64,000 nt of DNA from an uncultured Gammaproteobacteria bacterium (GTDB lineage: Bacteria > Patescibacteriota > Microgenomatia > UBA1406 > GWC2-37-13): the NCBI GenBank assembly GCA_964459595.1, contig CAYWLV010000001.1, positions 84,056 to 148,055 of the forward strand, read 5' to 3'. A program made the translations under genes and the position numbers. The notes beneath the pieces are model-generated. The model was not told the DNA's origin. It searched no databases and saw only the letters and a list, made by a program, of their open reading frames with translations. Position 1 is the first letter of the stretch, and each line of letters opens with the position of its first letter. This document shows, one piece after another, positions 38,866 to 48,880 of the stretch.

Positions 38866-39165
38866 TTATTCTCCAAGAAGTTCTCGGAGGGTCTTTACTT
38901 TTCTTTCACCCTTTTCATCCGATTTTTTCTGGGCAGAAGCTTTCTTAGCCTTCATTTCTGCGGCCACCTGTACTTTCTTTTGGAATCTCTCTACTGCACC
39001 CTTTGTGTCAAGGAATCTATGTTCACCTGTGTAAAATGGATGACACTTACTACAAACTTCGACATGAATAGACTGTTTTGTTGATCCAGTTGTGTAGTTT
39101 AATCCGCAAGATGAGCAGATTACTTTTGCGTCGCTGAAGTATGTGGGATGAATTTGTGCTTTCAT
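38866..39165 (-). CDS. rpmE: 50S ribosomal protein L31 (Zn-binding type) with a Lys-rich C-terminal tail
   Basis: MKAQIHPTY...CSSCG...CSKCHPFYTG. The ATG at 39165 is preferred to the extended ORF. Confidence 0.9.
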   Translation of the reverse strand: MKAQIHPTYFSDAKVICSSCGLNYTTGSTKQSIHVEVCSKCHPFYTGEHRFLDTKGAVERFQKKVQVAAEMKAKKASAQKKSDEKGERKVKTLRELLGE

Positions 39166-39227
39166 ATGAGTTGGAACAATTGAACAATGAATTAAGATTA
39201 TACAAGTAAAGTGCGAGAAATTCAAAC

Positions 39228-40427
39228 TCAATTTTTGTATTCAAGGAGTTCTGGTATGCGGAGCGTAAAGAACACCGTTGCAATAATCGTTGCAACACCG
39301 CCTACTACCACAGTAAATGGCGTACCTATGAGGCTTGCGAGAATACCACTTTCTACTTCACCTAATTGCGGACCACCCATATAAAACATCATATTAATCG
39401 ATACCATTCGTCCTCGCAAATGATCAGGGGTCACCATTTGACGCAGCGTACTTCGAATAATACTACTCACCATATCTGCTCCTCCCACTATCACCATCAT
39501 CAGCAGCGAAGCAGCAAAATGGACAGAGAGACCAAATACCACGGTAGCTAAACCATAAAAGAACACAGCGGTAATTAAAAGATATCCTTGTTTACCAATA
39601 TGTTTTTGAGATGAAAAGATAAGCCCAACTATCATACCGCCAATCGAAGGAGCTGCATAGAGTAACCCCAACCCTTCAGGACCAACTTTTAAAATATCTC
39701 GGGCAAAAACAGGCATAAGTGTCATTCCAGATCCAAAAAACGAAGCAAAAAAATCAAGAAGCATGGAACTCCAAATAAGTCGCGAATTGCGCACAAAATG
39801 AATTCCCTCTTTTATAGAATGGATGTTGCCGTTTTCATTTTCGCATAGTTGTTGTTCAAAGTTGCCAACTTGCAGAATTGTATAGAGATAGTAACCAATA
39901 CAAACTATATTGAGTGCAAGAACTGGCGCAAATCCAGCCCGCGCAATGAGAAACCCTGCAATGGAAGGTCCAAGCACCATTGCAGTGCGGTAACCCATTG
40001 AGGTGATACTAATTGCATTTTGATAGTCGTAACGAGGCAAGAGTGCTGGAATAAGTGCTTGACTGGCGGGTGATGAAAATGTGAGAGCAATTGAGTTTAC
40101 TACAATAACTCCATAAATCACTGCTGGGCTCACTAAATGCATATATGCAAGCCCGGTAAGCAGGAGCGAAAAGAGAAATAAAAACCCCTGAGCGTATGCA
40201 AGTGTTTTTCGCCTTGGATGAGTATCTGAGATGTGGCCAGCAAACAAGGCAAATACAAATACCGGAAGCACACGTGCAAGCCCCATGAGTCCAAGTGCTA
40301 AGGGAGAACCAGTAAGCTGATACAGTACCCAAGAAAGGGCCACATTCTGCATTTCATAGCCCATTTGGAATATAAATGCGCCAGATGCAAGGAGTCGAAA
40401 TGATTTGTGTTTCAAAGAAGCAAACAT
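39228..40427 (-). CDS. MFS transporter
   Basis: 12 predicted TM helices and a GHISDTHPRRK loop (MFS motif A-like). The ATG at 40427 avoids overlap with the RF gene. Confidence 0.75.
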   Translation of the reverse strand: MFASLKHKSFRLLASGAFIFQMGYEMQNVALSWVLYQLTGSPLALGLMGLARVLPVFVFALFAGHISDTHPRRKTLAYAQGFLFLFSLLLTGLAYMHLVSPAVIYGVIVVNSIALTFSSPASQALIPALLPRYDYQNAISITSMGYRTAMVLGPSIAGFLIARAGFAPVLALNIVCIGYYLYTILQVGNFEQQLCENENGNIHSIKEGIHFVRNSRLIWSSMLLDFFASFFGSGMTLMPVFARDILKVGPEGLGLLYAAPSIGGMIVGLIFSSQKHIGKQGYLLITAVFFYGLATVVFGLSVHFAASLLMMVIVGGADMVSSIIRSTLRQMVTPDHLRGRMVSINMMFYMGGPQLGEVESGILASLIGTPFTVVVGGVATIIATVFFTLRIPELLEYKN

Positions 40428-40458
40428 ATGTATTGAGTAAGTATGAATTATACCAGTT

Positions 40459-41169
40459 TTAGGCGAGTTTTGCAACCTGTATTGCCTCAAAAACCTTTTC
40501 CCACTTCCCCTCTCCGATTATGTCCTCAAGGTTATGAAAGCTCTTCCCAATGCGATGATCTGTGAGTCTGTTTTGCGCAAAGTGATAGGTTCGAATTTTG
40601 TCTGAACGTTCTCCCGAGCCTACATTACGTACAAACGATTGCGTTGCACCCTTTTTTTTCTCTTCCTCCAGTTGATAGAGCTTGGCTGAGAGCAAATCAA
40701 GCGCGATTTGACGGTTGGCAAGCTGTTGGCGCTCACGACTGGCAGTAGTTACGATGCCTGTTGGCTTATGTATTAGTCGTACAGCAGTTGACACCTTGTT
40801 CACGTTTTGTCCGCCATGTCCTCCCGCTCGAAAAAACTGCCACTCGATGTCACCAGGGTTTATCTTAATTTCTGACTGAATGATGTGGGGGAGAACCACA
40901 ATTACACAGGTTGAGGTATGTATTCTTCCTTTTCTCTCTGTTTCGGGGATTCTTTGTACACGGTGGACGCCTGTTTCGTATTTAAAGAGGGCGAATGCGT
41001 TTTCTCCCTGTATTTTGGCAATATTATCTTCGAGATAACTCACCTTAAATTTATGCTTTTCAGCATATTTAAAGTATGACATGAGGAGTTCCTGCATCCA
41101 GAGCTTACTTTCATCTCCCCCAACCCCGGGGAGGGATTCAATTATAGCAATATTTGGGTTTATAAGCAT
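40459..41169 (-). CDS. prfA: Class I peptide chain release factor, RF1-type, lacking N-terminal domain 1
   Basis: GGQ motif ([11 protein letters not shown]) and a PxT-type anticodon motif ([14 protein letters not shown]). At 236 aa it begins at the equivalent of the RF1 domain 2 start. Confidence 0.85.
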   Translation of the reverse strand: MLINPNIAIIESLPGVGGDESKLWMQELLMSYFKYAEKHKFKVSYLEDNIAKIQGENAFALFKYETGVHRVQRIPETERKGRIHTSTCVIVVLPHIIQSEIKINPGDIEWQFFRAGGHGGQNVNKVSTAVRLIHKPTGIVTTASRERQQLANRQIALDLLSAKLYQLEEEKKKGATQSFVRNVGSGERSDKIRTYHFAQNRLTDHRIGKSFHNLEDIIGEGKWEKVFEAIQVAKLA

Positions 41170-41180
41170 AATAATTAGGT

Positions 41181-41304
41181 CCTAAACACTAAATACTAAA
41201 CACTAAACTCTAAACAAATTCTAAATTAAAAATCTTTAAACTCTAAATATTTAAAAATTTTGTATTTATTTGTGTAATATTTATTATTTAGAGTTTAGGA
41301 TTTA
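41181..41304. repeat. Family-A heptamer hairpin element A9
   Basis: Left arm cctaaac|actaaat|actaaac|actaaac|tctaaac, reversed exact box ttttgtatttattt at 41258-41271, right arm tttagagtttaggattta. Confidence 0.75.
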
Positions 41305-42582
41305 CAAACATACAACTGTTTGCTCTCCCGTTTTCATATTCTTTACTTTAATCTGTTTCTTTTGCACTTCTTCTGGTCCGATAATATAGACGGTTTCTAT
41401 TCCTTTTTTATTTGCATATTTTAATTGCTTTTCTAGCTTTGCCATTTCATCGGGATAGAGCATCACTGTTTTTCCTTGTTTTCGAAGAGTAGTAACCGCC
41501 TTAAGCGACTCAGACACGAGCTCTGGCGAGAAGATGGTGACTAATTCGAGCTTATTTCCTTCTTCTTTAAGCATCCCTCTTTCTTTGATCACCTCAAAAA
41601 GTCTCTCAATACCAAAAGATCCTCCAGTGGCAGGGATATCTTTCCCTAAATACAGCCCAACAAGTTTGTCATAGCGGCCACAGCCTGCAACTGATCCCAC
41701 TCCCCCATCTCGTACAGTAAACTCCCATACTGGGCCGGTGTAGTAGGAAAGTCCTCTGATAATGGAAAGATCGAACACATACAACTCATCGGCAATTGCA
41801 GCTAATTTTAAATAGGAAAAGATTGTAGAAAGTTCGTTTAACCCTTCTTGAGCAATGGGAATATCCTTCATCATTTCTTTTAATTTGGCAATGAGCTCGG
41901 TATTTGATCCCTTGAGATTTACTACCTCCATTATTTTATTTATTACATCCGATGAAACTCTTTTTCGTTCCATCTCAGCAACCACTCCTTCTGGACCAAT
42001 TTTTTCAATTTTATCGATTGCAATACAAATTGTGTAAAACTGGTCAGGAGTGGCGCCTGCATACTGCACCAGACCATCAATAAACTTTCGATTGTTTATA
42101 CGTGCAAAATAGTTTGAAAACCCCAGTTTTTTCATGATCTCCAAACCCATTTGAATAAATTCTGCATCTGCAATCATAGAGGAAGAACCTATGGTGTCTG
42201 CATCACATTGAAAGAACTCACGAAAACGCCCTTTTTGTGTATTGTCTGCTCGCCAAACTGGCTGTATTTGGTAGCGTTTAAAGGGAAGTGGAATTTTGTC
42301 GCCGTATTGGGCAACAACACGACAGGTAGGCACCGTTAAATCATACTTCATTGCCACTTTTCTCCCTCCTCTATCTTCAAATTGGTAGATGAGCTGTTCG
42401 GCTTCTGAGCCATATTTCCCCAGAAGTATATCTGCGTGTTCAAGGGTGGGAGTTTCAAGTGGTTCATAGCCAAACGACTCAAACACCTCTTTAAAAAGAG
42501 CAATTACTCGTTGCCGAATCTTCATGTCCTCTGGAAGAAAGTCGCGAAAGCCTTTGAGTGTGCGAGGTTGGATGGTGGTCAT
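41302..42582 (-). CDS. hisS: Histidine--tRNA ligase
   Basis: PRTLKGFRDFLPEDM...QPVWRADNTQKGRFREFFQCD...GGGRYD-like CGRYDKL. The ATG is at 42582. Confidence 0.93.
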   Translation of the reverse strand: MTTIQPRTLKGFRDFLPEDMKIRQRVIALFKEVFESFGYEPLETPTLEHADILLGKYGSEAEQLIYQFEDRGGRKVAMKYDLTVPTCRVVAQYGDKIPLPFKRYQIQPVWRADNTQKGRFREFFQCDADTIGSSSMIADAEFIQMGLEIMKKLGFSNYFARINNRKFIDGLVQYAGATPDQFYTICIAIDKIEKIGPEGVVAEMERKRVSSDVINKIMEVVNLKGSNTELIAKLKEMMKDIPIAQEGLNELSTIFSYLKLAAIADELYVFDLSIIRGLSYYTGPVWEFTVRDGGVGSVAGCGRYDKLVGLYLGKDIPATGGSFGIERLFEVIKERGMLKEEGNKLELVTIFSPELVSESLKAVTTLRKQGKTVMLYPDEMAKLEKQLKYANKKGIETVYIIGPEEVQKKQIKVKNMKTGEQTVVCL

Positions 42583-42602
42583 GAAAGATATTATACAAGA
42601 AA

Positions 42603-42715
42603 ACACTAAACTCTAAATCACAAATTTCAAATAATAGTTTACAAAATTCTGAAATCTAAATTTTTTTCTGATTATTATTTCAACTTTATTTTGATCTTGA
42701 GATTTAGAGTTTAAG
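42603..42715. repeat. Family-A heptamer hairpin element A10
   Basis: Left arm acactaaactctaaatcacaaat, right arm tcttgagatttagagtttaag. Confidence 0.65.
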
Positions 42716-44126
42716 ATTTTATGATCTTATACTCACCCTTTGTATCTTCTACCTTATATCCTTTAGCTTCGATTTGTCTTCGAATCTCATCTGCTTTTGC
42801 ATATTCTTTATTATCTTTAGCTTTTTTTCTTTCTGCTGCAAGTCTTTGTATTTCCTCTGGAATTTCAACTATTATATCTTCTTTAAGAAGTTCAAGTCCG
42901 AGAATAGAATCAAACTCTGTGACGAGTTGTAATTTTTCTGCTGCTGAAACACCAGACTTTAATAGGGTAAAAAGTACCGCTATAGCTTGAGGAGTCTGAA
43001 GGTCGTTTTGAATATATTTCAAAAACTTGGTCCTATAATCTGGGGATCCTTCGACTTCATCTTTTGTTTGTGTGCTTCGCTCGTCGTTTTTTATTTTTGA
43101 TTTTAGATTGTTGATTTCCGACTTAAGCCGGTTATATGCCTCTTCAGCCCCTTCCAGTGCTTTCCAAGTGAAGTTCATGGGCTGGCGATAGTGCGACTGC
43201 AAGAGAAGAAGTCGATATGCAAGCGGATCAATTCCTCGTCTTGTGATATCTTCAATCGTAAAGAAATTGCCAAGACTCTTACTCATCTTCTCCCCTTCTA
43301 CCTGAAGAAAGTGGTAGTGCATCCACACATGCACAAAGGGAACCCCATTTGCTGCTTCAGACTGAGCAATTTCATTTTCATGATGTACTGGGATATGATC
43401 AATCCCTCCGGTGTGAATATCGAGCGTTTTTCCTAAATATTTCATGGCCATTGCAGAGCACTCAATGTGCCATCCCGGGAATCCATCTCCCCAAGGAGAG
43501 TCCCAGTGCATAGTATGGTCCTTAAATTTTCCCACTCGCTTAAACCACAATGAAAAATCTGCAGGGTGGCGCTTATCTTTGTCTGTATATACATCATCCC
43601 GCACCGCTTCTTTTTTATCTTCTTTTTTCTGACCAGAAAGTTTGCCATAATCAGCTAATGTTGATGTATCAAAATATACTGCTTCTTGAGTTTCATATGC
43701 ATGACCACCCTTAATAAGTGTTTGTACTAGTTCAATCATCTCGGGAATATGATCGGTTGCTTTACAGGTGATAGTTGGACGAGAGATATTCATTGCATCC
43801 ATCGACAAAAAGAAGAAGTCGGTATAATACTTTGCAAGGTCCCACACTGTTTTTCCATATTTCCGTGCACCCTTTTCCATTTTATCTTCTCCTGAGTCTG
43901 CATCGTCTGATAAATGTCCAACATCGGTGATATTCATAACATGCTTCACATCATATCCTAGATATTTGAAGACTCGTTTAAGTGTGTCGTTGAACACGTA
44001 TGCGCGTATATGGCCAATATGCGCAAAATCGTATACGGTGGGGCCGCAAGAATAGAGTGAGAGTTTATGAGGAATGAGTGGTTTAAATTCCTCAACAGTT
44101 CGTGTAAGCGTGTTGTAAAGTTTCAT
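42711..44126 (-). CDS. cysS: Cysteine--tRNA ligase
   Basis: MKLYNTLTR..YSCGPTVYDFAHIGHIR (HIGH)...KMSKSLGN. Confidence 0.95.
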   Translation of the reverse strand: MKLYNTLTRTVEEFKPLIPHKLSLYSCGPTVYDFAHIGHIRAYVFNDTLKRVFKYLGYDVKHVMNITDVGHLSDDADSGEDKMEKGARKYGKTVWDLAKYYTDFFFLSMDAMNISRPTITCKATDHIPEMIELVQTLIKGGHAYETQEAVYFDTSTLADYGKLSGQKKEDKKEAVRDDVYTDKDKRHPADFSLWFKRVGKFKDHTMHWDSPWGDGFPGWHIECSAMAMKYLGKTLDIHTGGIDHIPVHHENEIAQSEAANGVPFVHVWMHYHFLQVEGEKMSKSLGNFFTIEDITRRGIDPLAYRLLLLQSHYRQPMNFTWKALEGAEEAYNRLKSEINNLKSKIKNDERSTQTKDEVEGSPDYRTKFLKYIQNDLQTPQAIAVLFTLLKSGVSAAEKLQLVTEFDSILGLELLKEDIIVEIPEEIQRLAAERKKAKDNKEYAKADEIRRQIEAKGYKVEDTKGEYKIIKS

Positions 44127-44138
44127 TCGAATATTATA

Positions 44139-44198
44139 CAGAAGATAGAAGACAGAAGTAAGAAGATAGAATCACATTCTTAATTCTTGCTTCTAACT
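44139..44198. repeat. Family-D heptamer hairpin element (AGAAGAY arm / RTCTTCT arm)
   Basis: Left arm agaagat|agaagac|agaagta|agaagat|agaat, right arm attcttaattcttgcttctaacttcattcttct. Confidence 0.75.
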
Positions 44199-44211
44199 TC
44201 ATTCTTCTAAA

Positions 44212-44982
44212 TTATATCTCAAATTTCGCTAGGAGTGGAAAATGATCCGAGTAGGGAGCATTTATGCGGATAATTGAAACAGCCTTACAATTTTTGTAAA
44301 AACAGTAATCGAGTTTGCTTTCCTTTCCGATAAAAAATTGAAGAATTTTCATAAGATATTTTTCAATTACAGTGTAGTACAGGAGTTTTCCATCGGTCGT
44401 GTAGGAAATGGTGTTTGTCGCTTCCGAAAAACCATGAGACTCCATAAGCATTTCTAGTTTTTTTCTCCCGAATGGATAGTTGAAGTCGCCTACAAGGATT
44501 GTAGCATGAGAAGAAGATTTTTGAATATCGTCTAGCGTTCTCTCAAGCTGTTTTATTCGAATTCCGTTTGTACCGTGGGGGGATAGATGAATATTGTAAA
44601 CATCCACCTTTTTATTTGTACCTTCCACTTCAAATTCTGCTTTTAATACTGTTCTATCTTTTTTCTTGCTTTTAAAAATACGGAGTATAAACGTGATTGC
44701 TTCAGCGAGACCCCGCGGGAGTGTAATCGATTTTGTTTCTGTACACACAACTTGTTCTGGATTATAAAATGTAGCCACTCCATATACTTTTCCAAATTTT
44801 ATAAATCCATTTGAATAATCTGCTAGTGAATAGCCCAACTTTTCAATTCTCTCCAAACTTTTCTCATGAGTATCAACCTCTTGAAGACAGACGATATCTG
44901 GTGAGTATTTTTTGAAAAAAGAAGGGAGCCCCTTTTGACCATCATTAAATAGCGTATTGTAGGTAAGAATGGAAAGCTGCAT
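44212..44982 (-). CDS. Endonuclease/exonuclease/phosphatase (EEP) family protein
   Basis: N-terminal LTYNTLF...DIVCLQEV and C-terminal SDHFPL, which are EEP signatures. Confidence 0.7.
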   Translation of the reverse strand: MQLSILTYNTLFNDGQKGLPSFFKKYSPDIVCLQEVDTHEKSLERIEKLGYSLADYSNGFIKFGKVYGVATFYNPEQVVCTETKSITLPRGLAEAITFILRIFKSKKKDRTVLKAEFEVEGTNKKVDVYNIHLSPHGTNGIRIKQLERTLDDIQKSSSHATILVGDFNYPFGRKKLEMLMESHGFSEATNTISYTTDGKLLYYTVIEKYLMKILQFFIGKESKLDYCFYKNCKAVSIIRINAPYSDHFPLLAKFEI

Positions 44983-44995
44983 AAAAATGAGTATA

Positions 44996-45016
44996 CACTA
45001 AACTCTAAACTCTATA
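44996..45016. repeat. Family-A heptamer tract, single arm only
   Basis: cactaaactctaaactctata. I saw no complementary arm in this 70-nt divergent spacer. Confidence 0.45.
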
Positions 45017-45052
45017 CTGAGACCATAGGATTCATGGTATACTAGTTGAGAA

Positions 45053-45712
45053 ATGATAAAACTAGTGCTTTTAGATTTTGATGACACTCTTTGTCTATCA
45101 GAAGAGTCCTGCTTTTATTTTGAGAATGAAGTGGCACAATCGATGGGATTTCCACCCATGAGCCGGGAAATTCATAAACAAACATGGGGTCAACATCTTC
45201 AGGAAGCTATAACAGATAGGATTCCTGGCATTAACAGCATTGAGTTTATGAAGCGTTTTGAGTCTCAAGTACCAAAAGCTATTCAAGAAGGTCGATTTGA
45301 TAACGTGCCCCCACATAATTTAGCCGTTCTTGAAACGATAAAAGATGAAGGTAAAAAAATTGCTCTCATCACTTCCCGTTCATTAATTGAGGTGCAGTCA
45401 ATAATGGATGTTTCCCACCCATTAAGCAAACGAATCGATGCGTTTTATCATAGAGACAATGTGAGTCATATTAAGCCTGACCCACGCGTATTTAATAAAG
45501 CTCTTTTTGAGTTTGATGTAATGCCAATTGAGTGTGTGTATGTGGGTGACACACTTAAAGATGGATTTGCAGCAAAAAATGCTGGGATGGATTTTATTGC
45601 AGTGCTTGAAAGTGGGTTGGTGAGCAGAGATACATTTAAAAATGCTAATATTGCAGTAGATTACTTCGCAGAAAAATTCACCGATATTCTTCCCTATATA
45701 CAGCAAAATTAA
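45053..45712 (+). CDS. HAD-superfamily hydrolase (phosphatase)
   Basis: Motif I LLDFDDTL, motif II ALITSRS, motif IV YVGDTLKD. Confidence 0.75.
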   Translation: MIKLVLLDFDDTLCLSEESCFYFENEVAQSMGFPPMSREIHKQTWGQHLQEAITDRIPGINSIEFMKRFESQVPKAIQEGRFDNVPPHNLAVLETIKDEGKKIALITSRSLIEVQSIMDVSHPLSKRIDAFYHRDNVSHIKPDPRVFNKALFEFDVMPIECVYVGDTLKDGFAAKNAGMDFIAVLESGLVSRDTFKNANIAVDYFAEKFTDILPYIQQN

Positions 45713-45713
45713 A

Positions 45714-45766
45714 AAAGTCTGAAAGTCTTAAAGTCTAAAGTCAGAAAGTTGGAAAGTTAGAAAGAC
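45714..45766. repeat. Family-C heptamer tract (AAGTCTR flavour), single arm, upstream of the tRNA
   Basis: aagtctg|aaagtct|taaagtc|taaagtc|agaaagt|tggaaag|ttagaaag. Confidence 0.6.
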
Positions 45767-45790
45767 GATTGTATTATATAATCGGAGGTA

Positions 45791-45863
45791 CGGGACATAG
45801 TTCAGATGGTAGAACATGCGGTTCGGGACCGCAAGGTCGTGAGTTCAAGTCTCACTGTCCCGA
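45791..45863 (+). tRNA. tRNA-Pro (anticodon CGG)
   Basis: Hand-folded cloverleaf: acceptor CGGGACA/TGTCCCG, D stem GTTC/GAAC, anticodon stem TGCGG/CCGCA with loop TTCGGGA, T arm GTGAG-TTCAAGT-CTCAC, discriminator A. No CCA is encoded. Confidence 0.9.
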
Positions 45864-45893
45864 CTTTCATTTTTTGTTATACTCAAAACACCT

Positions 45894-48878
45894 ATGTCTT
45901 CTCAACAACCAGGACCAGAAGGTGGCGTAATCAATAGAGTTGAAAGCACCATTTCTCCCTCATCAGTCGTTCCACCGATCTCGCCTTATATGGAGATTCA
46001 GAAAAAAGCAAAAGCACAGTTTAACGAGTTTACAGCGATGTATAGAAGCGAAGAAAGAAGTATAGATCCAGAGTTTGACCACACGGTAGAACGGAGTATC
46101 GCAACTATCATCGATCCCGTGGTACAGACTGAGATAAAGCGTATAACTGATTTTTCAGGAGTAAAACAATCAACTTCATTAGAGAGTTTTATTGATAACA
46201 CAGCGAGCGAAATGAGCAGCGCATCACTTATTTCGGCTGTCAAATCACTTTCTCCGTCACAACCAGAGGAAAAAGCGGAACTATTAAATGATGTGATGAG
46301 AGTACGCGCAACTCGTGTGTTTTCCAAGGCGAAAAACGCATCTATTCCTCCTCTTTATCCTCTTTCAAAGGATACAGTTGAACCTCAGTTTGAAGCCCTA
46401 CTTTCAGTAAATGATGAGGCGACAATTCGAAAATACTGTGGAGAAATGGAACGGTTTGGGATAGATGGCATCGACACCTATTACAGTGCACTTTCAGATA
46501 TCCATCTCTCACAAAAAACATTTAAAGCCACCCATAAAAGAGCACAGTCGTGCAGTGATATCGACTCAACCGCACACTATGCAATTCAATCAATTAGAAA
46601 TATGGAGCTTCCCGACGAGGAAAAGATCATTCTTGAAAGAGGAATTTTAGCCCACGCAAAAACAAAAAGAGACTCAATACGCCAATATTCAACCGAAGGC
46701 TTAGGAATGAATAAAGACGTGATCCAAAAAAAAATAAAAGATATTCAAGAGGCGCCTGATTTTGGCAAGCTCGTTGATGAAGCATGGGAAACACTTCAAT
46801 ATAATACGCCGAAAAAAGACAAAACATTTCTGCTCAATCACGCACCAAAGCCTATAATGGATTTGCTTATTTTGCTCAAAGAAATGCGTGCTGGCATGTC
46901 AAAACACGGAGTAACACCAGAACTAGTAGCTCGCTATGGGTGGCAGCTGCGACTCAGGCCAGATCAGCTCGCAATTATTTTAGAAAAGTTTGGGAAATAT
47001 GCCGATGCACCGGATTTTAGGCGGTTTGCGAGTCGAGTCCAAGATGAATATTTACGTACCGAAGCATCGGGATTTGAGATTAGAGAAAATGTGAAGATGA
47101 AGGATGGTGTGAGCAATGAGGCGCTGCTTCGAGAAAGTATGAATGCACTACTCAAGGTGCATCGCCCCCGCGGTCAACAAAAAGTATACTTCACTTTATT
47201 TTATGGTGAAAATTCGATGCAAAAGGTTGCAGTAGATACCTACGAAGATATTACAAGTGTAGAGCTTGATAGAAATATTGCAGAAGCACTTAAATTAGCC
47301 AAAACAGAGGCAATTTCACTCACTCTTACAGAGCGAGCAGCCCTCGGATTTACTCGATATTCACTAAATCGAGAGAAGGATGAAACGTATAAAAAAATCT
47401 ATCATCATGGAGAACAAAATGATATTAAGGGAGATTATGTTATTCAAATAAAAGATCATACAACGGCGAGCTCGTATAGTGAAGACACAGTAGATGAACA
47501 TAGCCCCACCACTCTTTTTGCAGCAGCAGATGGACAACTCGCACTACTACTTGATCGGCGCCAGATGCTTAAGCGAAATGTGGAGTCGATGAGAACAGTG
47601 ATTCGCTACACTCATTCAAAAAAAGATGGGGGACCAGCCTATATCCATTCTCAAAAAATATTCAAGGCACTTCGCGATTTAAAAGGGAACAGATATACAA
47701 CCCTTGATACGGGTCTGAGTACGTATATTGATCATGAAGTTGAAACTGGAATTGAAGCAGACACCATAGGAGTACCCCAATTGGAAGGAAGGTCATTTTA
47801 TAAAGAAATAGATGAATCCTACCCTTCACTTCACTTTACAGTACGGAGTAAAACGGGAGAAGAAAAACAGGTGAAGCTGTCGCCTGCATTTACCCGCTCA
47901 CTCATATATGCGTTAGCAAACAATGTTGACGTATTTCATTACCTGCATGCAGCAAGCAAAGATGGTGATATTTATTTCGATGAAAAAGGTGATCAATTTG
48001 ATTCCTTGCAACCACTCTATACCTCATTTAATCATCTTAAGGATGAGTTTAATACGTATTTAAGAGCATCAAACAAACAACCAAATCCTGAAGTGGTTAT
48101 AGAGTGGCTGAGAAGTTACGAAGGCCAAAAGCAACGCGCAGAACGGGGGTTTTGTGATTTATTCACTCTTGCATCAGCACCACCTGGAAAAGTGGAGTTG
48201 CCATTTGCCAATGCATCAAAAAAGGTACACGGCGGCGCAGCACTTCTCACCTCTCCAAGCGGAGGGATGTACTCAGGGCTTTCTCTCCAACCGGAAAGTG
48301 AGGCGAGGACTGAGGTAGATGTCGACAAAAAACATATATTTGACACGTATTTTAGTTCAGCCGAGGCAACAATTTACAATAGAATTCCGATCGATTTGCA
48401 GAACGCACGGCCATGCATGGGAATAATTGGTTATCTACAACGAGGGGATGTGGCTGTATCAACCTGCCGCAAACTTCCATGTCAAGCGCAAGAAACTTTC
48501 AAAACAGAATTCTTAAAGCTTACCACAGAAGAACTTACCGGTAAAAAACAAGCATCCTTTTTGAAACAATTCCATCCGCTCTTAGAAAAGTGGGATGAGC
48601 TCGTGAAGGGTAGTGCAACTCTTTCTGAATATATAGATGCTCGCACCTCCCTCTTTGAAAAGCTGACAGATGAAGATGCTCCAACAAGAGAAATTCTTAT
48701 TAGTTTAGGATGTACAAATCAGGTGGAGTTTCAAGCTTATTTGAATAGGATATTGCAGAAGTCTGCAGACGAAACGTTAGATAGAAATAAAATTATTCAC
48801 ACAAAGGAAGCGTTTATCGGGTTTATGCATGCGTCAGGTGTAAAAACAGCAATGAAAGAAAAGAAATCAAGCCACTAG
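45894..48878 (+). CDS. Large hypothetical protein (994 aa), soluble, with no recognisable domain
   Basis: Uninterrupted ORF with an ATG start 31 nt after the tRNA. It has no TM helix, signal peptide or catalytic motif that I can recognise. The N-terminus is disordered and Ser/Pro-rich. Confidence 0.6.
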   Translation: MSSQQPGPEGGVINRVESTISPSSVVPPISPYMEIQKKAKAQFNEFTAMYRSEERSIDPEFDHTVERSIATIIDPVVQTEIKRITDFSGVKQSTSLESFIDNTASEMSSASLISAVKSLSPSQPEEKAELLNDVMRVRATRVFSKAKNASIPPLYPLSKDTVEPQFEALLSVNDEATIRKYCGEMERFGIDGIDTYYSALSDIHLSQKTFKATHKRAQSCSDIDSTAHYAIQSIRNMELPDEEKIILERGILAHAKTKRDSIRQYSTEGLGMNKDVIQKKIKDIQEAPDFGKLVDEAWETLQYNTPKKDKTFLLNHAPKPIMDLLILLKEMRAGMSKHGVTPELVARYGWQLRLRPDQLAIILEKFGKYADAPDFRRFASRVQDEYLRTEASGFEIRENVKMKDGVSNEALLRESMNALLKVHRPRGQQKVYFTLFYGENSMQKVAVDTYEDITSVELDRNIAEALKLAKTEAISLTLTERAALGFTRYSLNREKDETYKKIYHHGEQNDIKGDYVIQIKDHTTASSYSEDTVDEHSPTTLFAAADGQLALLLDRRQMLKRNVESMRTVIRYTHSKKDGGPAYIHSQKIFKALRDLKGNRYTTLDTGLSTYIDHEVETGIEADTIGVPQLEGRSFYKEIDESYPSLHFTVRSKTGEEKQVKLSPAFTRSLIYALANNVDVFHYLHAASKDGDIYFDEKGDQFDSLQPLYTSFNHLKDEFNTYLRASNKQPNPEVVIEWLRSYEGQKQRAERGFCDLFTLASAPPGKVELPFANASKKVHGGAALLTSPSGGMYSGLSLQPESEARTEVDVDKKHIFDTYFSSAEATIYNRIPIDLQNARPCMGIIGYLQRGDVAVSTCRKLPCQAQETFKTEFLKLTTEELTGKKQASFLKQFHPLLEKWDELVKGSATLSEYIDARTSLFEKLTDEDAPTREILISLGCTNQVEFQAYLNRILQKSADETLDRNKIIHTKEAFIGFMHASGVKTAMKEKKSSH

Positions 48879-48880
48879 AT

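Noticed and set aside
40459-41301. The short release factor could be RF2 with a programmed +1 frameshift, or a split gene.
   Set aside because: The recognition motif is PxT (RF1-type), not SPF. The upstream 130 nt are a repeat element followed by hisS, and no upstream ORF encodes domain 1.
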